Shown here: positions 29,475 to 44,300 of the stretch, in pieces
How positions within the stretch are numbered: the first letter of the stretch is position 1
Layout: every line of letters begins with the position of its first letter
DNA from: an uncultured Planctomycetia bacterium
Lineage (GTDB): Bacteria > Omnitrophota > Gorgyraeia > 1-14-0-20-64-10
Assembly (NCBI GenBank): GCA_964373715.1
Contig: CAYJVR010000006.1
Span: forward strand, 39,781-103,780
Length of the DNA: 64,000 nucleotides
Reading direction: 5' to 3'
The notes under the pieces: model-generated
The model's database searches: none
Seen by the model: the letters and a program-made list of their open reading frames with translations, nothing else
What the model was told of the DNA's origin: nothing
Program-made: the position numbers and the translations under genes

Positions 29475-31013
29475 TTATTTATGTGCTTGCCGAAAAACGG
29501 CGTATTGCGTCAGCGTCAAGCAGGTATTTATGACCCAATATAACACAAGGCCCGATGGAAGGGAATAGAAGAGAAAACCAAACATGACTGGCATGAATTT
29601 AAATACCTGCTGCTGAACAGCCTGTTCCTCGGTTGCCGGTTTTTGGAAGGAGGATGTGAATTTCTGCTGAAAGAACATCGCCGCTGACATAATAAGAGGT
29701 AATAGATTAATGCTCTCCCCGAACAAAGGCACCGGTCCACGGAAACGGATGATGGCGTCTGGAGCCGCCAGATCCCGGATCATCAAAAAACCGGCTCCCT
29801 TCAGCTGTGGGGAGCGCATGAGAACTTGGTAAAGGGAGAGAAATATGGGCATCTGAAGCAGCATCGGCAAACATCCGCTCAGCGGATTAACCCTGTGTTT
29901 CTTATAAAGCTCCATCATCAGCTGGTTCATCTTCTGCGGATTACCTTTGTGCTCCTTTTGGATTTTCGCCACCTGCGGTTGAATCTCAGACATCGACCGC
30001 ATCATCCGGATCCCTGACCAAGTAAGCGGAAAAAAGACAACCCAGATGAGTATGCTCACAAATAGAATCGCCAGCCCATAGCTGTGGAGCCACCCCTCAC
30101 TCCAGACTAAAATCCCAAGAAGAAGCTTTGCAATACCAGAAAAAGCTCCCAGAGAGAAGGCCTCTTCGAGCCCCGCCGCTCTGAGATAAGAGACATCCAT
30201 CGGTCCAGAATAAAATCGGAAGCTCCACTCCGAAGAAGCTCCTGGAGCAAGTGTGACGACCGGCAACTCCAGCCACCCTAAAGCAGTTCCTCCCGGAGAT
30301 TGTTCCACGTGGAACAATCCGCCCGGAGAAACCGGCTGGACGATGGTGGTATACGACTTCCCTTGGCCGGTAATCCATTTGGGAGAACCAGGCAAAACAA
30401 TCGATTGTCCGGGCTTTGCCCGTATCTTGTGAACCTTACCTTCTACCGAAACGAACCCGTGTTCATACTGTCTGTCGTCCGGTTTAGAAGAATAGATCGG
30501 GTGGTAGGCAAGGAGCCTCAGCTGGCATTCCTGTGGTGCCTCTGAACTGTTGGTCAGCCGAATAACACAATCACTGAAGAACCTATCCACATTTCTGGAG
30601 GGGGCTATAGTTCGAGTCACCTCAAGCTCGCGGAGACCGGTTGAGGTGCTTACTGCCGCAGCCCCTTCCTGCGCAGTTGTCATAGCAACCTCTTGAGCCA
30701 AAGGCTTGATTATCCCCACAGAAAAAAGCCCTGGATCGGCATTAACCAGTAGCCTGTTCCCTTCCACCACTAAAGAGCGTATGCCTCCTCGGGCAGATCC
30801 TATACCGATCTGCGCTTCTCCTATTCGGATCTCCTGTAATGGTTCAGTTGGGGCGCTTAGTTTGGCGGCCAACGGCCGAGAGGCGGTTCTTTCTTCTGCC
30901 CGGACCACTTGCTCCTGTCGAGGAGGCGGAGCCGGCGGGAAAAGAGCCGTCCAAACTAAAAGAATCCCCAAGGTGAGGCCAAGGGAGAGCAATAATCTTT
31001 GTTGTTGTTTCAT
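29475..31013 (-). CDS. yidC: Membrane protein insertase YidC
   Basis: N-terminal TM, a large periplasmic domain and the conserved 60 kDa IMP core (PMLLQMPIFLSLYQVL). Confidence 0.9.
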   Translation of the reverse strand: MKQQQRLLLSLGLTLGILLVWTALFPPAPPPRQEQVVRAEERTASRPLAAKLSAPTEPLQEIRIGEAQIGIGSARGGIRSLVVEGNRLLVNADPGLFSVGIIKPLAQEVAMTTAQEGAAAVSTSTGLRELEVTRTIAPSRNVDRFFSDCVIRLTNSSEAPQECQLRLLAYHPIYSSKPDDRQYEHGFVSVEGKVHKIRAKPGQSIVLPGSPKWITGQGKSYTTIVQPVSPGGLFHVEQSPGGTALGWLELPVVTLAPGASSEWSFRFYSGPMDVSYLRAAGLEEAFSLGAFSGIAKLLLGILVWSEGWLHSYGLAILFVSILIWVVFFPLTWSGIRMMRSMSEIQPQVAKIQKEHKGNPQKMNQLMMELYKKHRVNPLSGCLPMLLQMPIFLSLYQVLMRSPQLKGAGFLMIRDLAAPDAIIRFRGPVPLFGESINLLPLIMSAAMFFQQKFTSSFQKPATEEQAVQQQVFKFMPVMFGFLFYSLPSGLVLYWVINTCLTLTQYAVFRQAHK

Positions 31014-31195
31014 AATAAGTTACAGCTTTCTTTTTGTACAGGATCCCATCCTCCAGGATGGCCCGGATGGCATCGAAGCAGTCGTCGGAGAATCAAAATT
31101 GTCCCGGAGAAAACACCCCTCTCTCGGAGAGCTTCAATAGCATAATTCGAACAGGTGGGATAAAACCGGCAAATGGGCGCCATAAATCCCCCCAA
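31010..31195 (-). CDS. yidD: Membrane protein insertion efficiency factor YidD
   Basis: CRFYPTCSNYAIEAL is the YidD signature. Confidence 0.85.
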   Translation of the reverse strand: MGGFMAPICRFYPTCSNYAIEALRERGVFSGTILILRRLLRCHPGHPGGWDPVQKESCNLL

Positions 31196-31239
31196 GGAAA
31201 CCGCTTGGTAGATCCGTATGGTTTCAACCAGGATTTCTA

Positions 31240-31587
31240 TTATAACTTTATTATTTTCAATAATTTAAGTATTTCCTCTTCGGTCCATTTGTAAGTCAGC
31301 TTTGCCGGAATTCGCACCACTATAACCAATAAATCCATCCCAGCCGGAAATAGCTCTTTTGTTCTCCGAAACACTTCCCGAACAAGCCGTTTCACTTTAT
31401 GACGAACAACCGAGGTTGTTGTAACACCTCGCCGGACAGTGCAGGAAAATCTCCTTTTTCCCATCCAGTTAGGTGAAATAATCAGGTTAAACCAATCGCC
31501 GCGGACAGTTTTGCCCTCTTTGAAGAGGTGTTGAAAGGCGACTTTTCCGGAGAGCCGTTCTGTTCGGCGGAACTTCGCTTCTGGCAT
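31240..31587 (-). CDS. rnpA: Ribonuclease P protein component
   Basis: Basic 115 aa protein with the RNR-like motif (KRLVREVFR), in the conserved rpmH-rnpA-yidD-yidC order. Confidence 0.85.
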   Translation of the reverse strand: MPEAKFRRTERLSGKVAFQHLFKEGKTVRGDWFNLIISPNWMGKRRFSCTVRRGVTTTSVVRHKVKRLVREVFRRTKELFPAGMDLLVIVVRIPAKLTYKWTEEEILKLLKIIKL

Positions 31588-31610
31588 CTTTCCGGCGGGT
31601 TCAGATCGGG

Positions 31611-31748
31611 TTAAGGTATAAGTGTATGGCGGCCTTTACGCCGTCGCCTGCGGAGCGTGTTCCGGCCCCCTTTTGTCGCCATACGGCTGCGGAATCCGTG
31701 CACACGTTTTCGCTTTATATTAGATTTATTCTTCAGGTGTTTCTTCAT
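31611..31748 (-). CDS. rpmH: 50S ribosomal protein L34 (not in the supplied ORF track)
   Basis: Reverse-complement translation gives [45 protein letters not shown], matching the bL34 consensus (...RxHGFRxRMxTxxGRxxLxRRRxKGR...). Confidence 0.9.
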   Translation of the reverse strand: MKKHLKNKSNIKRKRVHGFRSRMATKGGRNTLRRRRRKGRHTLIP

Positions 31749-31822
31749 GCGGCACCTCGCTGACTACAGGTTGAATGGATGACTTCGCCGAAACGGGTTA
31801 TTGTAGCAACCGCCTCAAACTC

Positions 31823-31852
31823 TTGTCAAACCTCATTCTCTCGTGCTATGAT
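31823..31852 (+). promoter_or_regulatory. Candidate sigma70 promoter for dnaA (TTGTCA-N18-TATGAT)
   Basis: Hexamers read in the rpmH-dnaA intergenic region, about 45 nt upstream of the dnaA ATG. Confidence 0.4.
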
Positions 31853-31894
31853 TCCAGCTTGTTCACATCAACCTAAGGAAAACCGTTTCTTCCC

Positions 31895-33274
31895 ATGGAG
31901 TCCCTGGATCTCAAGTTGTGGGATCGAGCACTTTCCCGCATTCAAAACGAATTACCGAGCCAAGCCTACGAAACTTGGTTTCAGCCGACGAGGGCCGTCT
32001 CGTCCACTTCGGACTCACTGGTTATCGAGGTCCCTAGCCCTTTTTTCCGGGACTGGCTGGCAAGCCATTATTCGGAGCTCATAGGCCGGATGCTTAGGGA
32101 TCTAGCAGAATCCAAAGTACGCGTTGAGTACATGGTGTCCCTTCAACAGCGCCAAGCTCCGGAGGAAGAACGGCTGCCTGCCATCTCGCCCCGCTTGCCG
32201 GCAGCCGCAACATACAGCAGCCCAGACAAAGCTGGGGTATCTCCTTCAGATATGGTTTTAAACCCTCGCTACACCTTTGAGGAATTCGTCGTTGGGCCGT
32301 CCAATCGATTCGCCCATGCAGCAGCTCTCGGAATCAGCGAATCTCCGGCGAGGGTATATAACCCTCTTTTTATTTATGGCGGCGTAGGTTTAGGGAAAAC
32401 GCATTTGATGCAGGCGATAGGGCATCGCCTGCGTGAGCGTTTTCACCAAGGGACGTGTATTTATATCTCGAGCGAACGGTTCACTAACCAGCTTATCACT
32501 GCCATTCAGAACAGATCCATGGGGGCATTCCGGGAACGGTTCCGGTCCGTTGATGTTTTAATGGTGGATGATATTCAATTTATCAGCGGAAAGGAGTCCA
32601 CCCAGGAGGCTTTCTTTCACACGTTCAACGCTCTTTATGACGCACACAAACAGATTGTTCTCTCCAGCGATCGCCTTCCGAAGGAATTGCGCGGCCTGGA
32701 GGAACGGTTGGTATCCCGTTTTGAGTGGGGATTGGTGACGGACATCCAACCTCCCGATTTAGAAACAAGGGTTGCCATACTCCGCAAAAAAGCGGAAGCT
32801 CAGGGACATCCAGTTCCGGATGAGGTGACTCTTTTTATCGCCGAGAAAATCTCTTCCAACATCCGTGAGCTGGAGGGGGCCTTGAATAGGGTCATTGCCC
32901 ACTCTGTTTTGATAAGCCGCGACATCTCTCTTACTATGGCGCAAGAGGTGCTGCGCGGTATGGTGGCTGAAACAGCGCGAAGAGTCACGCTAGACCGGAT
33001 ACAGAGGGTGGTGGCCTCCCATTTCAATTTAACCGTTACTGATCTTCGCGGAAAGCGCCGAACGAAAGAGATTTCTTTTGCCCGGCAAATAGCTATGAGC
33101 CTTGCCCGTGAGCTGACGGAGGCCTCTCTACCCTCTATTGGAGAAGCTTTTGGGGGGAGGGATCATGCCACCGTAATTTATGCTTGCTCCAAAATCGCAA
33201 ATGAAAGAAAATCAGGTGGTAAGATACGGCAGGTTTTAGATAGTCTCTTGTTAGAACTAAAGAAAGATTTGTGA
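31895..33274 (+). CDS. dnaA: Chromosomal replication initiator protein DnaA
   Basis: Domain I, the AAA+ domain (GGVGLGKTHL) and the DnaA signature HTH domain IV. Confidence 0.95.
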   Translation: MESLDLKLWDRALSRIQNELPSQAYETWFQPTRAVSSTSDSLVIEVPSPFFRDWLASHYSELIGRMLRDLAESKVRVEYMVSLQQRQAPEEERLPAISPRLPAAATYSSPDKAGVSPSDMVLNPRYTFEEFVVGPSNRFAHAAALGISESPARVYNPLFIYGGVGLGKTHLMQAIGHRLRERFHQGTCIYISSERFTNQLITAIQNRSMGAFRERFRSVDVLMVDDIQFISGKESTQEAFFHTFNALYDAHKQIVLSSDRLPKELRGLEERLVSRFEWGLVTDIQPPDLETRVAILRKKAEAQGHPVPDEVTLFIAEKISSNIRELEGALNRVIAHSVLISRDISLTMAQEVLRGMVAETARRVTLDRIQRVVASHFNLTVTDLRGKRRTKEISFARQIAMSLARELTEASLPSIGEAFGGRDHATVIYACSKIANERKSGGKIRQVLDSLLLELKKDL

Positions 33275-33463
33275 GTAATTTGTTAATAACTCTGTTTGAG
33301 TGGGTGTTTTGTTGAATCTGTTGGTGTTTTTGGTTGGTTATCAATAGGGGGTTATTGAATCTAAGTTGTTTATTTTTGGTGTGTTGTGTTGTTATTAACA
33401 GTTTTAACAGGTCTTATTATTGTTGTTACTAACTTAATAAACATAATGTAATAATAAGAGACA
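33275..33463. other. AT-rich dnaA-dnaN intergenic region (roughly 28% GC against a roughly 62% background), a candidate oriC/DNA-unwinding element with degenerate DnaA-box-like 9-mers
   Basis: The composition drop is visible directly. TTATCAATA and two copies of TTATTAACA (one on each strand) resemble TTATCCACA. TTGAATCT occurs twice. Its position between dnaA and dnaN is canonical for oriC. Confidence 0.5.
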
Positions 33464-34561
33464 ATGAAAACCATACTCTCGAGAGATGTTCTTCTAAAAG
33501 GCATCCAAAATATTTATCCGGTTATACCTAATAAAAGCACACTCCCCATTCTGTCGCATATTCTCCTGGAGGCAAAAAAAGACTCTCTATTTTTGGTTGG
33601 TACGGACTTGGAGATTGGAATTTCCTGTTCTATACTCGCAGAAGTGCAAGAAGAGGGGGCTATCGCTGTTCCGGCGAAAAGACTTTTTGAGTTAGTCAAA
33701 GAACTGCCAAACACATCCCTACATATTCATGCGAAGAAAAACCAGCAAATCACACTTGAATCAGAAAAAGGCCTATTTAAAATATCGGGGCTTCCAAAAG
33801 AGGAGTTTCCTCGCCTTCCACGCGTCGAGAATCAAGACGCCCTGGTGATTGACCAGAGGGTTTTAGAGGCCATGTTTTCACAAACAGCATTTGCCGCTTC
33901 ACACGATGAATCCAGATATATTCTCACAGGTATTCTTTTTGTTTCAAAGGGCGGGTGGTTGCGACTTGTTGCGACGGACGGCCGGCGCTTAGCGTCTGTT
34001 GCGCGCGAAGCGCGCACCCCAACAAAAACAGATCACCAGGTTGTGGTACCAGCCAAGGCAATACAGGAACTCCACCGTCTTTTAGGCGACGGGCCGTCAG
34101 TGAAGATCTCCATCAAAGAAAACCAGATAGCTTTTGATTTAGGAAACATACAGCTTATTTCTAGGTTGATTGAGGGGAAATTCCCGAATTACGAACAGGT
34201 TATCCCGGCAGAGTCCCCCCAAAAACTGGCCGTATCGAGAGAAAATCTGCTTTTGGTCACAAAACGGATCGGCCTTTGGACCACGATTGACTCACCCTCC
34301 ATACGTTTTGACCTGCGGCCCACCAACATTGTTGTTTCAAAGCAAACTCCGGAAGTTGGCGAAGCCCATGAAGAGATCCCGGCGACGTACAATGGGTCTG
34401 AATTTTCAATAGGGTTCAATCCCGCTTATTTGGTGGATGTTCTAAAAACGCTGCCGGACGAAAGTGTGGAAATGGAACTGCCAGGCCCGGATCGCCCCGG
34501 CGTCATTCGGACAAAGGACCATTACTTGTATATTGTTTTGCCGATGCAGTTAAATTCATAA
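33464..34561 (+). CDS. dnaN: DNA polymerase III beta sliding clamp
   Basis: Three-domain clamp, 365 aa, with full-length similarity. Confidence 0.95.
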   Translation: MKTILSRDVLLKGIQNIYPVIPNKSTLPILSHILLEAKKDSLFLVGTDLEIGISCSILAEVQEEGAIAVPAKRLFELVKELPNTSLHIHAKKNQQITLESEKGLFKISGLPKEEFPRLPRVENQDALVIDQRVLEAMFSQTAFAASHDESRYILTGILFVSKGGWLRLVATDGRRLASVAREARTPTKTDHQVVVPAKAIQELHRLLGDGPSVKISIKENQIAFDLGNIQLISRLIEGKFPNYEQVIPAESPQKLAVSRENLLLVTKRIGLWTTIDSPSIRFDLRPTNIVVSKQTPEVGEAHEEIPATYNGSEFSIGFNPAYLVDVLKTLPDESVEMELPGPDRPGVIRTKDHYLYIVLPMQLNS

Positions 34562-34582
34562 CGGTGGTGATGAGGATACGTG

Positions 34583-37382
<2,800 letters not shown>

Positions 37383-37397
37383 GGGGAGCTGACACCC

Positions 37398-39905
<2,508 letters not shown>

Positions 39906-39950
39906 TGTCGAAGGTCGCATTTCCATTGGGCTGTTTGAAATAGTCCACTC

Positions 39951-40025
39951 GTCCCCATCGTCTAGCCTGGCCTAGGACGCGGCCCTTTCAAGGCTGCAAC
40001 ACGGGTTCGAATCCCGTTGGGGACG
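39951..40025 (+). tRNA. tRNA-Glu (anticodon TTC), CCA not encoded
   Basis: GUCCCCA acceptor, anticodon loop CUUUCAA and T-arm GGUUCGAAUCCCG. Confidence 0.9.
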
Positions 40026-40032
40026 CTTATTT

Positions 40033-40719
40033 ATGGCCTCTTTCTCCCGCATGGACTGGATAAGCCAAATCTTCAGGGAACCGACCAACACCCTCTCGCA
40101 CGCGATTGCCGCTTTGTTGTCGATCGCCGGGCTTGTGCTTTTGGTGCGCCGTGCCGCTGCTGCAAGAAAAACATGGCACGTAGTATCGTTCGCCATCTAT
40201 GGCACCAGCCTAGTTGCGCTGTACGCGATGAGCGCGCTCCACCACGCATTAAACATCTCTCCGGAAGCGCTCAACATCTTTCTTCGGCTTGACCATGCCA
40301 TGATCTATTTTTTGATCGTAGGCACGTATACACCGATTTGTCTAACCGTGTTGCGCGGCGGATGGGGATGGAGCTTGTTCGGCGTGAATTGGGGATTAGC
40401 AGCCGTATTTATTTCCTCAAACGTCCTCCTTCCGGGTCCGCCGCGAGCTCTCGTCATTGTTGGTTTTGTCTTTTTCTTGGTCATGGGGTGGCTTATTACC
40501 CTTGCCTGGCGCCCCTTAATGCGCGCGCTTCCTCAAGCTGGAATTGTGTGGCTTTTGTTGGGGGGAGTTCTTTATTCGGCGGGCGCCGGTGTTTTGAATA
40601 TGAAAGGGCTGCGCATTGCCCCCGGGTTTGGTGCTCACGAGCTATGGCATTTTTTCGTTATGGCGGGAAGCGCCTGTCATTTTTGGTTCATGTTAAAGTA
40701 CATTATGCGGGTAGACTGA
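40033..40719 (+). CDS. Hemolysin III family (PAQR/HlyIII) seven-TM membrane protein
   Basis: Seven TM helices and conserved His residues (HHALN ... HELWH) typical of the HlyIII family. Confidence 0.8.
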   Translation: MASFSRMDWISQIFREPTNTLSHAIAALLSIAGLVLLVRRAAAARKTWHVVSFAIYGTSLVALYAMSALHHALNISPEALNIFLRLDHAMIYFLIVGTYTPICLTVLRGGWGWSLFGVNWGLAAVFISSNVLLPGPPRALVIVGFVFFLVMGWLITLAWRPLMRALPQAGIVWLLLGGVLYSAGAGVLNMKGLRIAPGFGAHELWHFFVMAGSACHFWFMLKYIMRVD

Positions 40720-40815
40720 TTGATTAAAGAAAAGATGTCGCTAGCACCAGGTTCCGATGGGATTCGAACAAGGGAGAAAGGGTCAGCCACGGCAAACAAA
40801 CGTCTTGCACCCTTT

Positions 40816-41262
40816 CTATGAGCGAACGTCTAAATCCTCCGGCCCATCGCGATACCCTGAACCCACCGGCGCCAGCATCTTTTCGCAAATAATGCATTGA
40901 CCCAGATTGGAATACATCACTTTACAGTGAGCGCAGCGGTAATTGTTCTTGGCCACATAAGCGATGTATCCGGCCTGCGCAATCGCGCGGATAAATTGTT
41001 CGGGGTCGGTTTTAGCCGGATCGAAAAAGATCACAGCCACTTTGTCCGGAGTGCTGGCCTCTACGGATTGCACTCCAGCAATGGAACTCACCGCCCCCTT
41101 TATCGTCATCTCACAGTTGGCGCATCTCATGCCAGCAATATCCAGAGTAACCGATTCGACGGGGGTTTTAGCTGAAGCCGAAACAGGCCCCAGAGCCAAT
41201 GCCGCGACTACGACGATTATTGCCATCAAAGGTTTCAATAGAGATGTCCCTCCCATAGTCAT
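40816..41262 (-). CDS. Secreted heavy-metal-associated (HMA) domain protein with an extra Cys-rich C-terminal tail (periplasmic metallochaperone-like)
   Basis: Signal peptide, a GMRCANCEMTIKGAV (MxCxxC) ferredoxin-like HMA fold, and additional CAHC...CIIC cysteines. Confidence 0.7.
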   Translation of the reverse strand: MTMGGTSLLKPLMAIIVVVAALALGPVSASAKTPVESVTLDIAGMRCANCEMTIKGAVSSIAGVQSVEASTPDKVAVIFFDPAKTDPEQFIRAIAQAGYIAYVAKNNYRCAHCKVMYSNLGQCIICEKMLAPVGSGYRDGPEDLDVRS

Positions 41263-41373
41263 ACCAGACCCAGAGCCCTAGTTTACCAGTAAGGCGTTGC
41301 CTGCGATAGGCATGGGGAGCTGTTGTTGAGGGCCGGAAAGAATAGCAAGCCGTAGTTCAGCGAAAGGCGACTG

Positions 41374-44300
41374 TTACGCGGCGGCGCCAAGAGCCTGAAG
41401 ATCATCGGAGAACTCTTCCAAACCGGAAGAGACAACTTCCGAAGGAACTCCAAGGACCTTAAGAATTTCTTGGACCAACAGGGTGAAGGACCAGCCCGTC
41501 GGATCGTGAGCGATAAAGCCCAGTTGAGCGCGACCGGCCATGCTTCCAAAAAGCGTAGCCTCTTCCGATTCCCCGTAGAAGTGCACCGCATCGCCCCGTT
41601 CAGCCACGCGCGTGATGGTGTCAGCAGGATCTCCGCGGTCAATGACAATCCGGTTATTCCAGACGGCGGCCAAAACCTGAAGCCCAGGGAATTTTTGTGC
41701 GAGACTCTGGCCGATAACAATGACCCATGTGGAGTCTGGCAGGCTGACAGACCGGAAACCGTCGGCTTGCTCCTGTGCCCTGCTGAAGAGGGCGACGGGT
41801 TCCTCCAGACCGGCCGATTTTTTGGCAACCAGGAAGAACCAGTTTCTGGGTAATGTTTGAAGACCCAGTTCAGCCATGGCCTCCGTCACGGCGTCGGACA
41901 AAATCTTCTGCCGGTCCGCAAGCGGGATATCGAACGGGAGCAGCTGATCCGCCACCACGGGTACTTGCACGAAATCCCTCAGGGCGGCGGTTGTAAGAGG
42001 GACGGTTCGCGTCTCTTCTTCCACAATGGCGAAACCTGCCTGCTCGATGAGGTCTCGGTATTCGCGCTGTGAGAGGGTGCGTAGGCGTTTTCGGCTAACC
42101 GGCGGAGCATCCGGAAAGGATTTTTCTAGAGAGACTTTGGCTTTGTCGGCGATTGCGAGATAAACCCGCATAGACTCGGGGGGGACTGATTCTTTCGTGA
42201 AAGTGGTGTTGAAACCGAAAAGCTGACCGGGAGCCAACTTGGCGGAAACCTCTTTGGCAAGCAAAGAGGAATCTCCCATCAGATGGATGGAATTGAACAG
42301 CACCACCGCATTCGGGTTTTCCGGCACAAGCTCTCTAAACTTTAGGGCATCACCCGCGCGGAATTCGACAATTCCGCGGAAAGAATCCGAAATTCGTCCT
42401 TGGGCTTGAATCGCCATACTTTCCGACAGATCAACGCCGATCACTTTCCCAGTCGATCCCAGAGCTCTCGCGACAAGAAAACTTCCACTGCCAGTTCCGC
42501 TGCCGAGGTCCACCACCGTTTGGCCATTGCCGAGCCCGTTCCTCGTCAAGAGATCGACCAAATGCTGGTTTGCCTGTCCGTATTCCGGATGAGCGGCAAA
42601 ACGGGCATAAGATGGCCCCGATTCCGGCTGGTCCCATACGGAACCTTGAGCGGGAAGACCTTCCTCCAGGCCGGCTCTGCCCTCGAAGACCTTACGGACA
42701 AGATCGAGCCTTTTGCGATCGCGGGCGATCGCGTAGATCTTCACGTTGCCCGGGCCGGTGATGACCGGCTGAAGGACCAACCCCGCCCGGCTCGCGGCTT
42801 TTTGAAACCGTTTCGGGTCAAGGTTCGGGGAGGCGAAGGCCCATTCTCCAAGGATCGAATTGTCCCAGGGCAAAAGGAACGCGATCCCGTCCGGGGCGAG
42901 AACCGTTTCCACCGATTGGATGAACCGATCCGCCATATCGAGATTAGCCGTGTTGGAAAAGACCACGTCGAACAGTTCCCCCTGAACGGGGGTAAAAAGA
43001 TCCCCTTCCAACAGAGTGACACGGTCCGACAGACCCAGCCGCGCAACCGCTTCGCGCCCTTTCACGAGGTAGGCACCCTGAATATCGGTTCCTACACCAC
43101 GGCCCGCTCCGGCAATATCCACCGCCGCCGAGACGACGTAACCGTAACCAGTTCCGATTTCCAACACCCGCTTCTGTTTGATGAAAGGGGCTGCCATATC
43201 AACGGCTGTGAGCATCAAATCAACGGTGGTTTCTGTGGAAAGAGGCGGGTTCTCGGAAAAATACCGGTCCCAGAAAACCTGCATCCGTTCCGGCAGAGGG
43301 ATACCGTTGACCGGCCATAGGACAGGATCGTTCAAGGAGGGTGGGAATAAACGGTTGTTGAGCGATCTGCCGAACGATTGTCCGAAAAGAACCCCGAGAA
43401 ACCCTTCGCCGGTGACGTGCGGTTTCGGGTTTCCTTTGAATGCGTGCCACGCAAGGCGCTCGCCGGTGGGCCGGGACGGGTGCCGGTACAGACCGGAGTC
43501 TTCAATGATCAGAATTTTGTTTTCCCACACCGCGGGGTCGTAGGGCTCCATATAGTTCTTTTGTGTTTCATAGGAGGAGAGGGGAGCGGTGATGTTGGCG
43601 TAATAGATCACCTCTGCGGAGGCCGCGAAAACCAGATAGCCGTTGACCGCCGCGGCCTGCGCAATCGCTTCAACCGCTTTACGCCTCCAGCCGTCCATCT
43701 GATGCCGGTGCTTGCTATTGATCTCGTGATAGCCGTCGGAGGGCTGAACTTCCTCGATCAGGAGGGCCAATTGGTCTTCCTCAGTTTTGTACCTGCTCAG
43801 CGCGATTTGCCCGAATGATCCGGCGTTCGGGTAGGCGGCTGATGGAGGCTGCTTGTTCAAAACGGCCAGCCACGGAAAACGGGCAAAGGTCTCTGGAGTC
43901 GGTCCGACTTGAAAAGTGTGAAAGGCCAAAAGATCCGAGCTTGCCGCCACCTCTTCGTATTTTTTGACGTGCTGAAGAGTCGCTTCCACCTGGCCCTCGA
44001 GAGAGCCGGTTCCAACCTGGAGACGGGTGTTGTTCAGCCAACCGGCGAGTTTTTTGGAAAGAGCGTTGTCGAACGGGACCGGTTTCAGCGTGAGAGGGAA
44101 AGGTTCTTCGAGACCGCCGCCGGAGGCCGGCCGGCGGACAGCCGGAGAGATGCTGAGGACTTCCATGGGGATGAATTTGCCCTTTCCGATCTCCACGGTG
44201 ACCAAGCCGTTTTCCGACAGATTGGCAACCTCTGCGAGAGCTTCTCTTATTTCCTGCGTAGTTAGGTCATCGCCCGATAATCCGTGCCTCGATACGGGAT

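Noticed and set aside
41283-41828. 181 aa minus-strand ORF inside the giant gene in another frame, plus several 60-300 aa ORFs on both strands across 41374-49494.
   Set aside because: They are nested within the continuous 8.1 kb ORF, whose translation has clear methyltransferase and glycosyltransferase motifs. The alternative-frame products are low-complexity.
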